Source: a virus (Duplodnaviria; Caudoviricetes). From it: a stretch of 63,869 nt of DNA. The DNA lies in IMG/VR virus record IMGVR_UViG_3300027746_000001, positions 1-63,869 of that record; one strand, written 5' to 3'. A program made the position numbers and the translations under genes. The notes under the pieces were generated by a model, which did no database searches, was not told the origin of the DNA, and saw nothing but the letters and a program-made list of their open reading frames with translations. This document shows positions 42,355-52,055 of the stretch, piece after piece; position 1 is the stretch's first letter, and every line of letters begins with the position of its first letter.

Positions 42355-45300
42355 ATGGAAAATGAACCAAGTCTTCTTGATGTTGCAGATGAAGAGTTTG
42401 CAAAAATAAATAAGCCTGAACAAAATCAAGAACAAGGGTCAATTCTTGATATTGCTGATAATGAGTTTAAGCAGCAGGAAGAGGAAAGCATTAAAAAAGA
42501 GTTTGATGTTTCTAATCTTGAAAAGTTAAAGGCAGAAGGAAAACGACTTTCAGATACTCAAGAAAGAATGATCTTCGATGAAAAAGATAAAGTTCCATTG
42601 CTTGAATCTGCGGGAAAAGCCGCTTCTGAGTTTTTACCTGCCGCTGCACAGAGTTTTGGTCAGATGGCAACTGGTGGATACGAATTGGCAAAAGAAGCCA
42701 TTGTAAAACCTGTTGTTGTAGGTGCTGGATATCAATTAGGTCTAGCCACAGCAAAAGATACACAGGAGGCTTATAAGGGGGCAAAGAATGCCGCTAGATC
42801 TTTTGTGTCTGGTGTTGCTTCAGATATTGAAGACACTTCAAATCTTGCAACCCGCGCATTCATGTTTGGAACTTCATTCACGGACAAACTGCAAGGGATG
42901 TCTGCTGATGATAGATTTAAAAGATATCGATTGCGCGATGATATGCGCAATGTTGAACAAGCGTGGAAAGAACAAACTCCAGACAGAGCAGCAGCATTGC
43001 TTTCAGAGAATCCAATCCTTCAGAAAATGGCTGGAGTTGCAGCAAAAATGCAGGGTGGAACTGAAGAAGAAGCAAAGGCAGCAGAAAAAGCGTATTCTGA
43101 ATTGGTTTTAGAATCTGGACTTACTAAGGATGAGTTAAATCAAAATATATCTGCATTTGGAGAATTCCTATCTCCTATATCGATCCCCGGTGGTAACATC
43201 CCAACAAGAGCAATTGGAAAATACACAGGCAAAGTACTTCAAAAAGGTGGAGAACTGGCTTTAAAAGGAGTTGTAAAACCACTTGCAATTGGTATTGAGA
43301 AAACAGCAGGAGCAATTGAAACTGGAATTACTGGAGTTCAAACTGGAGCAAGAAAATTAGGGGAATATGTTTCTGGTGATCCAGACCTACTATTAAGAGG
43401 TGGATCCATTGCTGGTCTTATACAAGCACCTGCAATTACTGGTGCTATTTTGGCAGCAAAACCAGCAGCAATAGCAACAAAAGAGATTGCTAGGACTGTA
43501 AAGGACATTGCGTCTCAAGTTGACGTTGGTGGTGCTGCTGGACGCAGGGGGTTATTTGAACGCGCTGGAAGAGCAGCAGAGTCTGGTGCGCTTACTAAGA
43601 AGCTATTCAGTCCAGAAGCAATGGGTGGTCTTGGACGAGCGAAGGCAGCGGATTGGATTACACGTCAATCAAACGCAATTGTACAGCAGGGTGTCAATGG
43701 TTCTGTTCTAAACACAATGCTAGGCATTCCAGACATTGAGTCTGCTGAACAACTCGGTCAAGTTGCTGGTTCTGGTTTTGGAATTGGTGCATTTGCTGGC
43801 TCACGTTTGGTGGATCGAGCGAGTGCTGCTATTGATCCAAGAACAGGTCTTGCACAGAAGATTGATACTATAATCACTCCAGACCCTAGTTCTAGGAGAG
43901 CAGACGAGGATGCCGATATTAAACGATTCTTGTCTTCAGTTGATCCAGATTTGGTTCCAAAGATGGAGAAGCTAGGAAGCATCGATGAACGCAAGAATGC
44001 AATTCAGACTAAAATTGATAATCTTGAAAAACAAAAGGACACAACATTTGGGCCTGAAGTTGAGGCAATCAAGGAGCGAATCAGCAAGCAAAAGAAAGAC
44101 CTTGAAGCATTAAGTAAATCCACTCCAGAGACTCAAAAGGAAGTGTTGCGTCAGGTGCATTTGGCATTTGCTGATGAAATGGATCTCGCTAAAACAACTG
44201 GCAAGGCAGCGGGCCTAAATAACATCCAAGTTAAGATTCTTGATCCATCCGAAATGGAAGGATTCTTCCGTAATTCATATGGTGCTACTTTGACTGATGC
44301 TGAAAATGTTATTGCAGGTCTAACTGGCAAGCCAGATTTAAGCCCACAGGAGAGTGAGAACCTAGTAAATGCTAGAAGAATTGTGGATGGATTCAACAAT
44401 GAGGTTGCTGGAGCGCAATCTGCGCGTGGTCTTGCGATTTCTGAAGGAAGTGATCTGGATGGAAATGAAGTTCCAGCATTCATGCGCAAGCAGAACTTGC
44501 AAGGAGCAACCATTGTAATTAATGGTGATCTTGTAAAACAGTTATCCGACGAGGGATTCAATATACGAAATGTGGTTGGACATGAGATGCAACACGCTCT
44601 TGGAAAGTTTACAGAAGTGCGTGATATGCTTGCTCCATTGCGAAGGGAGTTGTTTGACCAGAAGATTGTAAACGAGGATGGAACTGTAAATAAAGTCACG
44701 CAGGGAATTTACTCTGACGATAAACTTGATGCGTATGCAGACACATATGCCGCTGCAATGTCACCATCGGACAATGGAGAGTCATTCAAAGCTCAATTTC
44801 CAAATCAAGATAAGCTACGGGCATATATCAAAGAGGAAATCTTATCGGAAATTGCAGGTAGATCTGGAAATGTCAGTGGTGGAACCCGTGCTGGACTCGA
44901 TTCGATTGGAAGACAGGTTGTTGATTGGATTGAAGTCAACACTCAGAATGGTGCTTTAAAGAAAATCAAAGAAACATTACGCAAGGGTGGAATCATCGTT
45001 GATGATAGTGGTGACATATCCACTGTTCTTGGAGCAGAATTGACCCCAGAATCGCTTGCAATGATTCGGCAATACCAACGGCAACTAAAGAATCTAAACC
45101 AGAGCATGGTCTATGAGGAAGATGCCAGAAAAGAAGAGGTAGAAATCCCAATCACAAAGATTCTTTCTGATCGTACATTGCAGGAAAAATTTAAGAATTC
45201 TGATATTTTCGAGAAGGAACAGGTCGCAACAATGACCGCTCCAGATGGCAGTAAACAGGAAATTCCTATTCCACCCAATGCTGGAGTGGATCCATTTGTT

Positions 45301-48300
45301 GGAACATACCGAATTCAAGGTGGACAATTGGTAGACGAAAGTGGAAATCCAATGAATCTTGGGCCTAATATTACATTTGGCACTATGCCTGATGGAACGC
45401 AGGTTGAGGTTGGAACACGAATCGCTCGCAATGTTGATGGAAGTCCAAAGATCCTATCCAATCGTGAAATTGAAGCTAGGTCACGGAATCGCGGAAAGGT
45501 TATTCGTAACGCTATCGACTCTGCATTGTCCAAAAGTGCATTGCAATTGGAGGATACTGGAAACGGAAACTATCGTGGAGTGATGAGCGAATCGCAGGTT
45601 AACGCTGTTCTTGCACTTCCAAACACCATTGTTTCCCCAAATCTTAAACGTCAGATTCTATTTGTTAATGAAATCCTTCGCAGGAAAGATGGCACTAGGA
45701 TGTACATGGAGTATCAAGCCGCAATGCGTGGTGGAAAATCTAGGGCATTAGCTCCGCAAATCCGAGATGAAATTCCAATTGGATTCCAGTTTTCTAAACA
45801 AGGCAACTTCTTAATCACAACAATGTCTGTCAGCAGAATGCATGACAAGATGAATGCTTGGCTCGCTAAAAAGCCAGAGAATCTAAAGTTGTGGAATGGT
45901 GATACTGCTAGTTTCTGGGATGATGTGATCAAAGTTCTTGATAACCATTCTAAGGGTGAACGTGGTGAAACTGGATTGGATCCAGATGCTGCTATTGCTC
46001 TTGAAAAGAAGAATGCTGTAAACGATTTATTCAACGTATGGAATGCTGACACAAAAGCAGCAAACCCACGCAGGACTAAACTTCCAGTTCAAAAAGGAAA
46101 AGATCCAATCGATGTTATTGTTCGTAGCCGTAGAATTGATCGAATCAATCAGTACAACGAATCGAGTTTGAAGAAGATGCCATTCAACTATGAGTTGAAT
46201 ACAAAGAACTATATGCCAGCGGAAAATCCATTGGCAGACTTCCAAACTCCAGAGGATTTCGCAAACGAACTTCCATCTGTAACCGCTGAAGAGATCAGAA
46301 ATGCAATCAATACAGGCAATCTTGACCAAGTTGAATCTAGGTTGCGTGAAGGTGATGACTTAAAGCCAGCGGAATCGCTTGATGAGAAAGATGGAAATAT
46401 CCGAATTGTTTCTATGTTTGACAATGAATTCATGCCGCAAGAGTCATTGGATTTTGTTGATGTTAAACCTCAGTTCATGCCAGCAGAAACGGAACGCTAC
46501 CCAACCTCCGAACGTGGAATGTACTCAGGTCTACAAAAGACCATCGACGAAAAGGTGCAGGGTAAATTTGCGTCACCAGATCAACTCAAGGCAATCGTAA
46601 GCAACCCACAGAACGCAAAGGCCGAGGAACTAAAATGGTCTGGAGTGCTAGGTGAGATTGATCGTCTTGCAGCGGAGAACCAAGGCAAGGTTCCGAAAGA
46701 CAAGGTTATGGATTACCTTCGCAATGAAGGTGCTGTTAAATTTAAAGAGGTTACTCTTGGTGGAAAGGAAGCATTTGATCAGAATAGGTTAAATCAACTT
46801 GAGGCTGAATATAGAAACCTCAAAGATCATCCAATTGATGACCCATCATTCGGAGAGGATAAGTACGATGAGTTGATCAAATTAATGAATATCAGGGATC
46901 AAAGCACAACTGACACTCTATACAATGAAGCAGAGAGAGTGATGAAGTTGGCTCAACAAGCTCAAAGACGTGGGGACAAAAAGACCGCTGAAAAGTATTT
47001 TCGAGAAAACGAGTTTTTAAATACGCGAGCAGAGAAGCTGGATTTACAAGGACAAGGTTTAGCTAATCCTCCAAGATTTGCAGGGCTGCAACTTCCCGGT
47101 GGCACAAACTACCGCGAGGTGGTGATGACGATGCCAAAAGTTGCAAAATCAAAACAAGAACAAGAACTTGATCAATTTAAGTTAGATATGCAAAACAAAT
47201 ATCTTACTGGATCATGGGGTCAGCGTCTTACACCAGAAGAAGAAACTACAAAGTCAAGACTTATAGAAAGCATTCCATCTAGTCAAAACTATATTTCCTC
47301 CCACTTCCCAGACACACCCAACTATGTAGCGCATATGCGTCTCAACGAGCGCACAGACGCGCAGGGCAACGATGGGTTGTTTGTTGAGGAATGGCAGTCT
47401 GACAGGCATCAGGCAGGTAGGGAGAAGGGGTATGCAAGTGATCGTCCGTCTCCAGAAGAAATTTTGCGTAAACGCGAAGAAATTTTCAAATTGGCAGACG
47501 CAGGAGAAATTACGCTAGAGGAAAGAAATAATAAATTAGATGCAATTGGATCGGCAGGTGGAATCCCAGACGCACCATTCCGAAAAGACTGGTCGATCCA
47601 ACTCTTCAAACGCGCATTGCGAGATGCCGTGGATGCAGACAAGAAATGGATTGGCTGGACTACTGGCATCGAGCAGGTGAAACGCTACGAGCAAGCAATG
47701 CGTCAGGCAGTCGATGAGATCACATGGAACACTCCCAAGGGTTACCAAAAAGCGTTTGCTGCCATTAAAAATGGAAACACAGTATTAGCAGGTAAAATCA
47801 ACGAAGATGGAACTGTCTATGATTCCGATACTGCTGATGCCAATGGCAAGCAATTGAGCGAGGTGATAGGAAAAGAAGTGGCATCGAAAATCCTTGCTGA
47901 AAACTCTGGAACTGCCACTGGTGATGACCTCACTGTTGGTGGTGAAGGAATGAAGGGATTCTACGATCAAATTCTGCCAAAAGAGGTTGGCAAGTATGTA
48001 GCGAAGATGGGTGGAAAGGTTGAGAAGTCTGAAATTGAAACCAAAGAATCCGAAAGTTTAAACATATATGAAGTAAGCAGTGAAGCTGGGAATTATTCTA
48101 TTAGAAGAAGAGATACAGGTAGAATATATCGGGATGGAAATGATCGTGCATTATATTTTGATTCACGGGAGGAGGCACTTTTAAAATCTGAACAACTTAA
48201 TAAAGATGCTAATGCAATCAAGAAAACCCCAATCTGGCGTGTAAACATCACTCCCGAAATGGCAGGTAAAGTGAGAGGTGGTCAGTTGCAGTTCATGCCA

Positions 48301-50142
48301 GCGGAGCAACCCACTAAATATGAACCTATCTCTGCGCGTATACGCCCCCTAGAAGGCATATCCGCACCAACCAAGGTGGTTGGAGCGAAGGCACTCTCGC
48401 TGGGCGAAATTGAGCCTCCTGTGCGGGGCAAGGCTATGCTGCCAGATATGGAGTTGAAACCTGATAGCTCAGAAAAAAGCATACAATCTTCTGACATAAC
48501 TGGCTTGCAGTTCATGCCATCGGAGGGTGAAGTTAAATCAGATATACCCGTTGCAAAAACAGACACAGAAGAAGAGTCATCGGATAATAAATTGATTTCT
48601 ACTGGTGTTGATGTGCCTGAATCCGTAGATGAACAATCAAACATTTATAATGCATTAACGATTGCAAATTCACAATCGTGGAAAAAGGGACGTGATTTCA
48701 AATTAGATATTCAAAACCGAGTTCTTGACGCAGCAAAAAAAGCTGGAGTTCAAATATCGGAAAGAACCGCTGAGGCAATTGAGTATCTAGCTAGAGTTGG
48801 TCTTAAAGATGGGTTACTTGCTTTGGAACAAAACCCAAACGCTATTGGGTGGTATGACGAAAAGACAAAACAAGCACTTGGTGTTATGTCATTATTGTTC
48901 CCTGAAATTGCAACTGATCAAAATGCCCGTTTTGCTTTTACATGGGCAATGGCAGTGACCTCAAATGGATTGAAGGTAGATAAGAACTTTGAGTTGGCTG
49001 AACGTGTATATCGTGAATTCCGCAAAACAGGAAAGATGCCAACAAACATTGAGGCTGGACAGGCCCAAAAAGCAATCAATGAAGGATTGGATTTATTCAA
49101 CAAGCTAACCAAGGATTGGGGTGTTGAGAATACACGCAAATTTATGCAGACAGATTTCACTGTTGGTGAAATTTCAAGGTTGAGCAAAGACCTGTCTCCC
49201 GGTGGTGAATTCGCAGACACAAACGTCCGTGGATCTGCTATACTTGGGCCAAAGATTGGAAACGGATTCTTTAGCAATCTGTATGGAATGTTTGACGCAT
49301 TAACAATGGATCGTTGGTTGGTTCGCACTTGGGGTAGATGGACTGGTACACTCGTTGAGTTTAATCCAGAGTTAACTGAACTTGCTAAAAACAGATTGCA
49401 GGAAACGATCAATAATCTCACCCCAGAAGATAAGGCTAGAATGGATGCGATGATCAAAAATGACATCTCGCAAATGGGACTTGAATATCTATCTGTAGCT
49501 ATTCAAAAGGCATCCATGAAACCAGAGATGAGGCAGTTGATGAATACCACCACTACTGGTGAAGAGTTCCGTAAGGCAGGTAATGGATATGCAAAGTATA
49601 TGGATGGTCAGAAAGAAGCACCATCAGGCCCAACAGAACGAAACTTCATCCGTGAAATCTTTGGTTTGATGCTTGATGAATTGAAGTCATATCCGAAATA
49701 CAAAAACCTAACTATGGCAGATCTTCAGGCAGTTCTGTGGTATGCTGAAAAACGACTTTATGAAACCGCTAAAATAAAATCAGACCAAGATAGTCTTGAC
49801 TCGTCTGATGCGGATGGATACGAAGACGATGATGCACCAGACTACGCTAACGCCGCAATTGGGGTTGCTAGAAAAAAAGGTGTTACTGAAAAGAAGATAC
49901 AACAAGTATTAGAAAACATAAAAAATGACCGCACAACAACTACACGACCAGAAACTATCGAAGGGAATCAACTTGAATCCGAACAGCAGAAAAGTGCTGG
50001 AGGGTTTGTTGGAAAAGAAAAGCAAAAGTTCAAGCAGTACGTTGCAGTCACAACCGCTCGACGCAATCGCACGGGCAATGAAGCGGCACTCTGGACTTAC
50101 GCGAGAAGAAGCGGAAGCGATGGCAGCAACGCAGGGGTTTAA
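42355..50142 (+). CDS. Giant internal virion / polyvalent protein (2595 aa)
   Basis: Helical membrane-like N-terminal part; HEMQH zincin motif at 44581; modules separated by FMP linkers; C-terminal GPKIG..F..N...LTMDRW..R...LQAVLW domain. Confidence 0.75.
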   Translation: MENEPSLLDVADEEFAKINKPEQNQEQGSILDIADNEFKQQEEESIKKEFDVSNLEKLKAEGKRLSDTQERMIFDEKDKVPLLESAGKAASEFLPAAAQSFGQMATGGYELAKEAIVKPVVVGAGYQLGLATAKDTQEAYKGAKNAARSFVSGVASDIEDTSNLATRAFMFGTSFTDKLQGMSADDRFKRYRLRDDMRNVEQAWKEQTPDRAAALLSENPILQKMAGVAAKMQGGTEEEAKAAEKAYSELVLESGLTKDELNQNISAFGEFLSPISIPGGNIPTRAIGKYTGKVLQKGGELALKGVVKPLAIGIEKTAGAIETGITGVQTGARKLGEYVSGDPDLLLRGGSIAGLIQAPAITGAILAAKPAAIATKEIARTVKDIASQVDVGGAAGRRGLFERAGRAAESGALTKKLFSPEAMGGLGRAKAADWITRQSNAIVQQGVNGSVLNTMLGIPDIESAEQLGQVAGSGFGIGAFAGSRLVDRASAAIDPRTGLAQKIDTIITPDPSSRRADEDADIKRFLSSVDPDLVPKMEKLGSIDERKNAIQTKIDNLEKQKDTTFGPEVEAIKERISKQKKDLEALSKSTPETQKEVLRQVHLAFADEMDLAKTTGKAAGLNNIQVKILDPSEMEGFFRNSYGATLTDAENVIAGLTGKPDLSPQESENLVNARRIVDGFNNEVAGAQSARGLAISEGSDLDGNEVPAFMRKQNLQGATIVINGDLVKQLSDEGFNIRNVVGHEMQHALGKFTEVRDMLAPLRRELFDQKIVNEDGTVNKVTQGIYSDDKLDAYADTYAAAMSPSDNGESFKAQFPNQDKLRAYIKEEILSEIAGRSGNVSGGTRAGLDSIGRQVVDWIEVNTQNGALKKIKETLRKGGIIVDDSGDISTVLGAELTPESLAMIRQYQRQLKNLNQSMVYEEDARKEEVEIPITKILSDRTLQEKFKNSDIFEKEQVATMTAPDGSKQEIPIPPNAGVDPFVGTYRIQGGQLVDESGNPMNLGPNITFGTMPDGTQVEVGTRIARNVDGSPKILSNREIEARSRNRGKVIRNAIDSALSKSALQLEDTGNGNYRGVMSESQVNAVLALPNTIVSPNLKRQILFVNEILRRKDGTRMYMEYQAAMRGGKSRALAPQIRDEIPIGFQFSKQGNFLITTMSVSRMHDKMNAWLAKKPENLKLWNGDTASFWDDVIKVLDNHSKGERGETGLDPDAAIALEKKNAVNDLFNVWNADTKAANPRRTKLPVQKGKDPIDVIVRSRRIDRINQYNESSLKKMPFNYELNTKNYMPAENPLADFQTPEDFANELPSVTAEEIRNAINTGNLDQVESRLREGDDLKPAESLDEKDGNIRIVSMFDNEFMPQESLDFVDVKPQFMPAETERYPTSERGMYSGLQKTIDEKVQGKFASPDQLKAIVSNPQNAKAEELKWSGVLGEIDRLAAENQGKVPKDKVMDYLRNEGAVKFKEVTLGGKEAFDQNRLNQLEAEYRNLKDHPIDDPSFGEDKYDELIKLMNIRDQSTTDTLYNEAERVMKLAQQAQRRGDKKTAEKYFRENEFLNTRAEKLDLQGQGLANPPRFAGLQLPGGTNYREVVMTMPKVAKSKQEQELDQFKLDMQNKYLTGSWGQRLTPEEETTKSRLIESIPSSQNYISSHFPDTPNYVAHMRLNERTDAQGNDGLFVEEWQSDRHQAGREKGYASDRPSPEEILRKREEIFKLADAGEITLEERNNKLDAIGSAGGIPDAPFRKDWSIQLFKRALRDAVDADKKWIGWTTGIEQVKRYEQAMRQAVDEITWNTPKGYQKAFAAIKNGNTVLAGKINEDGTVYDSDTADANGKQLSEVIGKEVASKILAENSGTATGDDLTVGGEGMKGFYDQILPKEVGKYVAKMGGKVEKSEIETKESESLNIYEVSSEAGNYSIRRRDTGRIYRDGNDRALYFDSREEALLKSEQLNKDANAIKKTPIWRVNITPEMAGKVRGGQLQFMPAEQPTKYEPISARIRPLEGISAPTKVVGAKALSLGEIEPPVRGKAMLPDMELKPDSSEKSIQSSDITGLQFMPSEGEVKSDIPVAKTDTEEESSDNKLISTGVDVPESVDEQSNIYNALTIANSQSWKKGRDFKLDIQNRVLDAAKKAGVQISERTAEAIEYLARVGLKDGLLALEQNPNAIGWYDEKTKQALGVMSLLFPEIATDQNARFAFTWAMAVTSNGLKVDKNFELAERVYREFRKTGKMPTNIEAGQAQKAINEGLDLFNKLTKDWGVENTRKFMQTDFTVGEISRLSKDLSPGGEFADTNVRGSAILGPKIGNGFFSNLYGMFDALTMDRWLVRTWGRWTGTLVEFNPELTELAKNRLQETINNLTPEDKARMDAMIKNDISQMGLEYLSVAIQKASMKPEMRQLMNTTTTGEEFRKAGNGYAKYMDGQKEAPSGPTERNFIREIFGLMLDELKSYPKYKNLTMADLQAVLWYAEKRLYETAKIKSDQDSLDSSDADGYEDDDAPDYANAAIGVARKKGVTEKKIQQVLENIKNDRTTTTRPETIEGNQLESEQQKSAGGFVGKEKQKFKQYVAVTTARRNRTGNEAALWTYARRSGSDGSNAGV

Positions 50143-50173
50143 AAACCTAAGTCCAAAAAGAATCTTGGAGTAA
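49925..50173 (+). CDS. Overlapping small ORF in the +1 frame
   Basis: A-rich start context AAAAATG; protein-like helical AIARAMKRHSGLTREEAEAMA. Confidence 0.4.
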   Translation: MTAQQLHDQKLSKGINLNPNSRKVLEGLLEKKSKSSSSTLQSQPLDAIARAMKRHSGLTREEAEAMAATQGFKNLSPKRILE

Positions 50174-50214
50174 AGTACATTTCTGAATGGAAACCGGGTA
50201 GAAAACTGGCAACC

Positions 50215-50790
50215 ATGTTCAGAAACAATGAACTGCCTCCTGTTAAATTCTTGGAACTAGATTCAACTGACAAAGCATCTGCTCAAAAATTTGCAGACAC
50301 CATTCAACAGAGCAAAGAATCATCACTACATGGAGCGTCTGTCTACGTTTATCCAACAGAAGACTACCAAGGAATGAATCTGTTCCTATCAGATTCTGGC
50401 AGGTCAGGATTTGCAGTTAAACCAGATGGTGACATTGTTTCTGTTTTCTCAATGGAAAAGGGAAGTGGCAGAAGCATAATGGAAGCAGCAATTGCTGCTG
50501 GAGGAAAAAAGCTAGATGCATTCGATACAATTCTTCCAGAATTTTATGGTGAACATGGGTTCATTGAAGCAGCAAGGATTCCTTGGAATGATGAGTTCGC
50601 TCCAGACGGGTGGGATAAGCAAACATTTAAAAAATATAACGATGGAGAACCTGATGTTGTAATGATGGTTCTTGACCCTAAATTTGAAGGTGAATACGAA
50701 CCTCGCACTGATGTATACACGACCGAATACGATCAGGCAGTAAAAATGCAAAATTCAATGTTGAGAAAAATAGAAAAGAAACGAAAATAA
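50215..50790 (+). CDS. GNAT-like domain protein, in frame with the giant protein after its stop
   Basis: IVSVFS..KGSG and LDAFDTILPEFYGEHGF resemble GNAT motifs A and B; the frame is open from 50143. Confidence 0.55.
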   Translation: MFRNNELPPVKFLELDSTDKASAQKFADTIQQSKESSLHGASVYVYPTEDYQGMNLFLSDSGRSGFAVKPDGDIVSVFSMEKGSGRSIMEAAIAAGGKKLDAFDTILPEFYGEHGFIEAARIPWNDEFAPDGWDKQTFKKYNDGEPDVVMMVLDPKFEGEYEPRTDVYTTEYDQAVKMQNSMLRKIEKKRK

Positions 50791-50793
50791 CAC

Positions 50794-50931
50794 ATGCCAC
50801 TACGAAAATGTGCCTCACAGAATTGCTTTGAACGCAATCTCAAAACTGAAATGAAACACGGCAAGCCGCAGAAGCAAGCACTCGCTATTGCCTATTCCGT
50901 GCAAAAGAAAGCTAAGGCTAAAAAGAAATAG
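50794..50931 (+). CDS. Small basic phage protein (45 aa)
   Basis: Translated manually: MPLRKCASQNCFERNLKTEMKHGKPQKQALAIAYSVQKKAKAKKK. Confidence 0.7.
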   Translation: MPLRKCASQNCFERNLKTEMKHGKPQKQALAIAYSVQKKAKAKKK

Positions 50932-50950
50932 CCTTTACAAATTAATAAAT

Positions 50951-51133
50951 ATGAAAAATACAAAACCCGTAAAAGGGATCGGACGAAACCAGTGCGGAAT
51001 TGAAGAACACGATGATCCGTGGGTTCGCAGACTTTCCATTGTCGTAGATCAAGCCTGTGCGTTCTTTTGGACGCGCACTCCAGAACGCAGGAAAATTCAA
51101 CGCGAATTTCTCGCCAAATTGCATGGCTACTAA
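50951..51133 (+). CDS. Hypothetical protein
   Basis: Start MKNTKP after an A/T-rich leader. Confidence 0.5.
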   Translation: MKNTKPVKGIGRNQCGIEEHDDPWVRRLSIVVDQACAFFWTRTPERRKIQREFLAKLHGY

Positions 51134-51368
51134 ACGCAACAACCACCCTGCATTCCCCGTGCCTCATTTCGGTGGAGACGCAAAGACTGGAGCAGTCAAG
51201 CCAAACTCTGGTATGGGCATGAGGGACTACTTCGCAGGGGCAGCACTGCGGGGATACAGGGCAAGCGAAGAATTTAGTGGAGAGTTGCCAGAGATAGTGG
51301 CAGAGTTGTCCTTCGTGGACGCAGATGCCATGCTCATCGAGCGAGAGAAACAATCATTCAACCAATAA
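51123..51368 (+). CDS. Conserved small phage protein
   Basis: PAFP...GM.MRDYFAG.AL...ADAML.ER motif. Confidence 0.7.
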   Translation: MATKRNNHPAFPVPHFGGDAKTGAVKPNSGMGMRDYFAGAALRGYRASEEFSGELPEIVAELSFVDADAMLIEREKQSFNQ

Positions 51369-51372
51369 ATAT

Positions 51373-51612
51373 ATGTCAGATACAAACACACCAAAACAAG
51401 CAGGTGAGGAAGAGACGCAGCAAGCGATTGATGCAGTCCTCTCACAAATCGACCTAACCAAAATTACTCAGCATGACGTTTACCATGACGTGATGCGGAC
51501 GCTCCAAGAGACGAGTTTCAAGTTCGTCCTCGCAGCAAAATTGATGGAGCATATTTTCGTTCGTGACGGAGTTTTCAAAACGAAGGAGCAAGATGAGCCA
51601 CGGAAAGATTGA
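51373..51612 (+). CDS. Hypothetical protein
   Basis: Start MSDTNT after an AT-rich spacer. Confidence 0.55.
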   Translation: MSDTNTPKQAGEEETQQAIDAVLSQIDLTKITQHDVYHDVMRTLQETSFKFVLAAKLMEHIFVRDGVFKTKEQDEPRKD

Positions 51613-51763
51613 CAACAATGAGTGGCATCGAAATGGAAAGGGAGATAAGCCCAGAACCAAAACTTGGGAACGAAAATACCAAGACAACTACGATGATATC
51701 GACTGGTCTTCCATCCAACGAAAATCCAAAAAGAGAGATGACGATGAAGACAACGATTCCTGA
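51593..51763 (+). CDS. Small phage protein (GKGDKPR...Y.DNYD.IDW)
   Basis: Recognisable short phage motif. Confidence 0.55.
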   Translation: MSHGKIDNNEWHRNGKGDKPRTKTWERKYQDNYDDIDWSSIQRKSKKRDDDEDNDS

Positions 51764-51896
51764 TGTAGTGCGGCAGTTTTTATCCGAGATTGGACGCAAA
51801 GGAGGTTGCGTTTCTTCCGATAAAAAAGTTGAGGCAGCACGGGCTAATGGTGCGAAGGGTGGAAGACCCAGAAAGATGGAAGTCTGCACAGCTTGA
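51744..51896 (+). CDS. Small basic putative DNA-binding protein
   Basis: GRKGG..S.KK..AARANGAKGGRPRK, including an AT-hook-like GRPRK. Confidence 0.6.
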   Translation: MKTTIPDVVRQFLSEIGRKGGCVSSDKKVEAARANGAKGGRPRKMEVCTA

Positions 51897-51972
51897 TTCT
51901 ATCGGCATCTGCGGGTGTCAACAGAATTAAGTAACTATTTTTATCCTAGTGAAAAATAAATGAAAATAATTA

Positions 51973-52000
51973 TTGCATAACCCAAGCAGCTTGGTATCTT
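51973..52000 (+). promoter_or_regulatory. Early promoter with a palindromic spacer
   Basis: TTGCAT-16 nt-TATCTT with CCAAGCAGCTTGG in the spacer; AT-rich UP region. Confidence 0.55.
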
Positions 52001-52055
52001 GTTTGTAGTTGAAAGCGCAACGCCAGCAACGAAACCAAAAACCAAATCAAATAAA

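Noticed and set aside
50140-50142. Genome-wide stop-codon reassignment
   Set aside because: Coding density is high under the standard code, and TAA, TAG and TGA all terminate well-formed genes; this is an isolated case.
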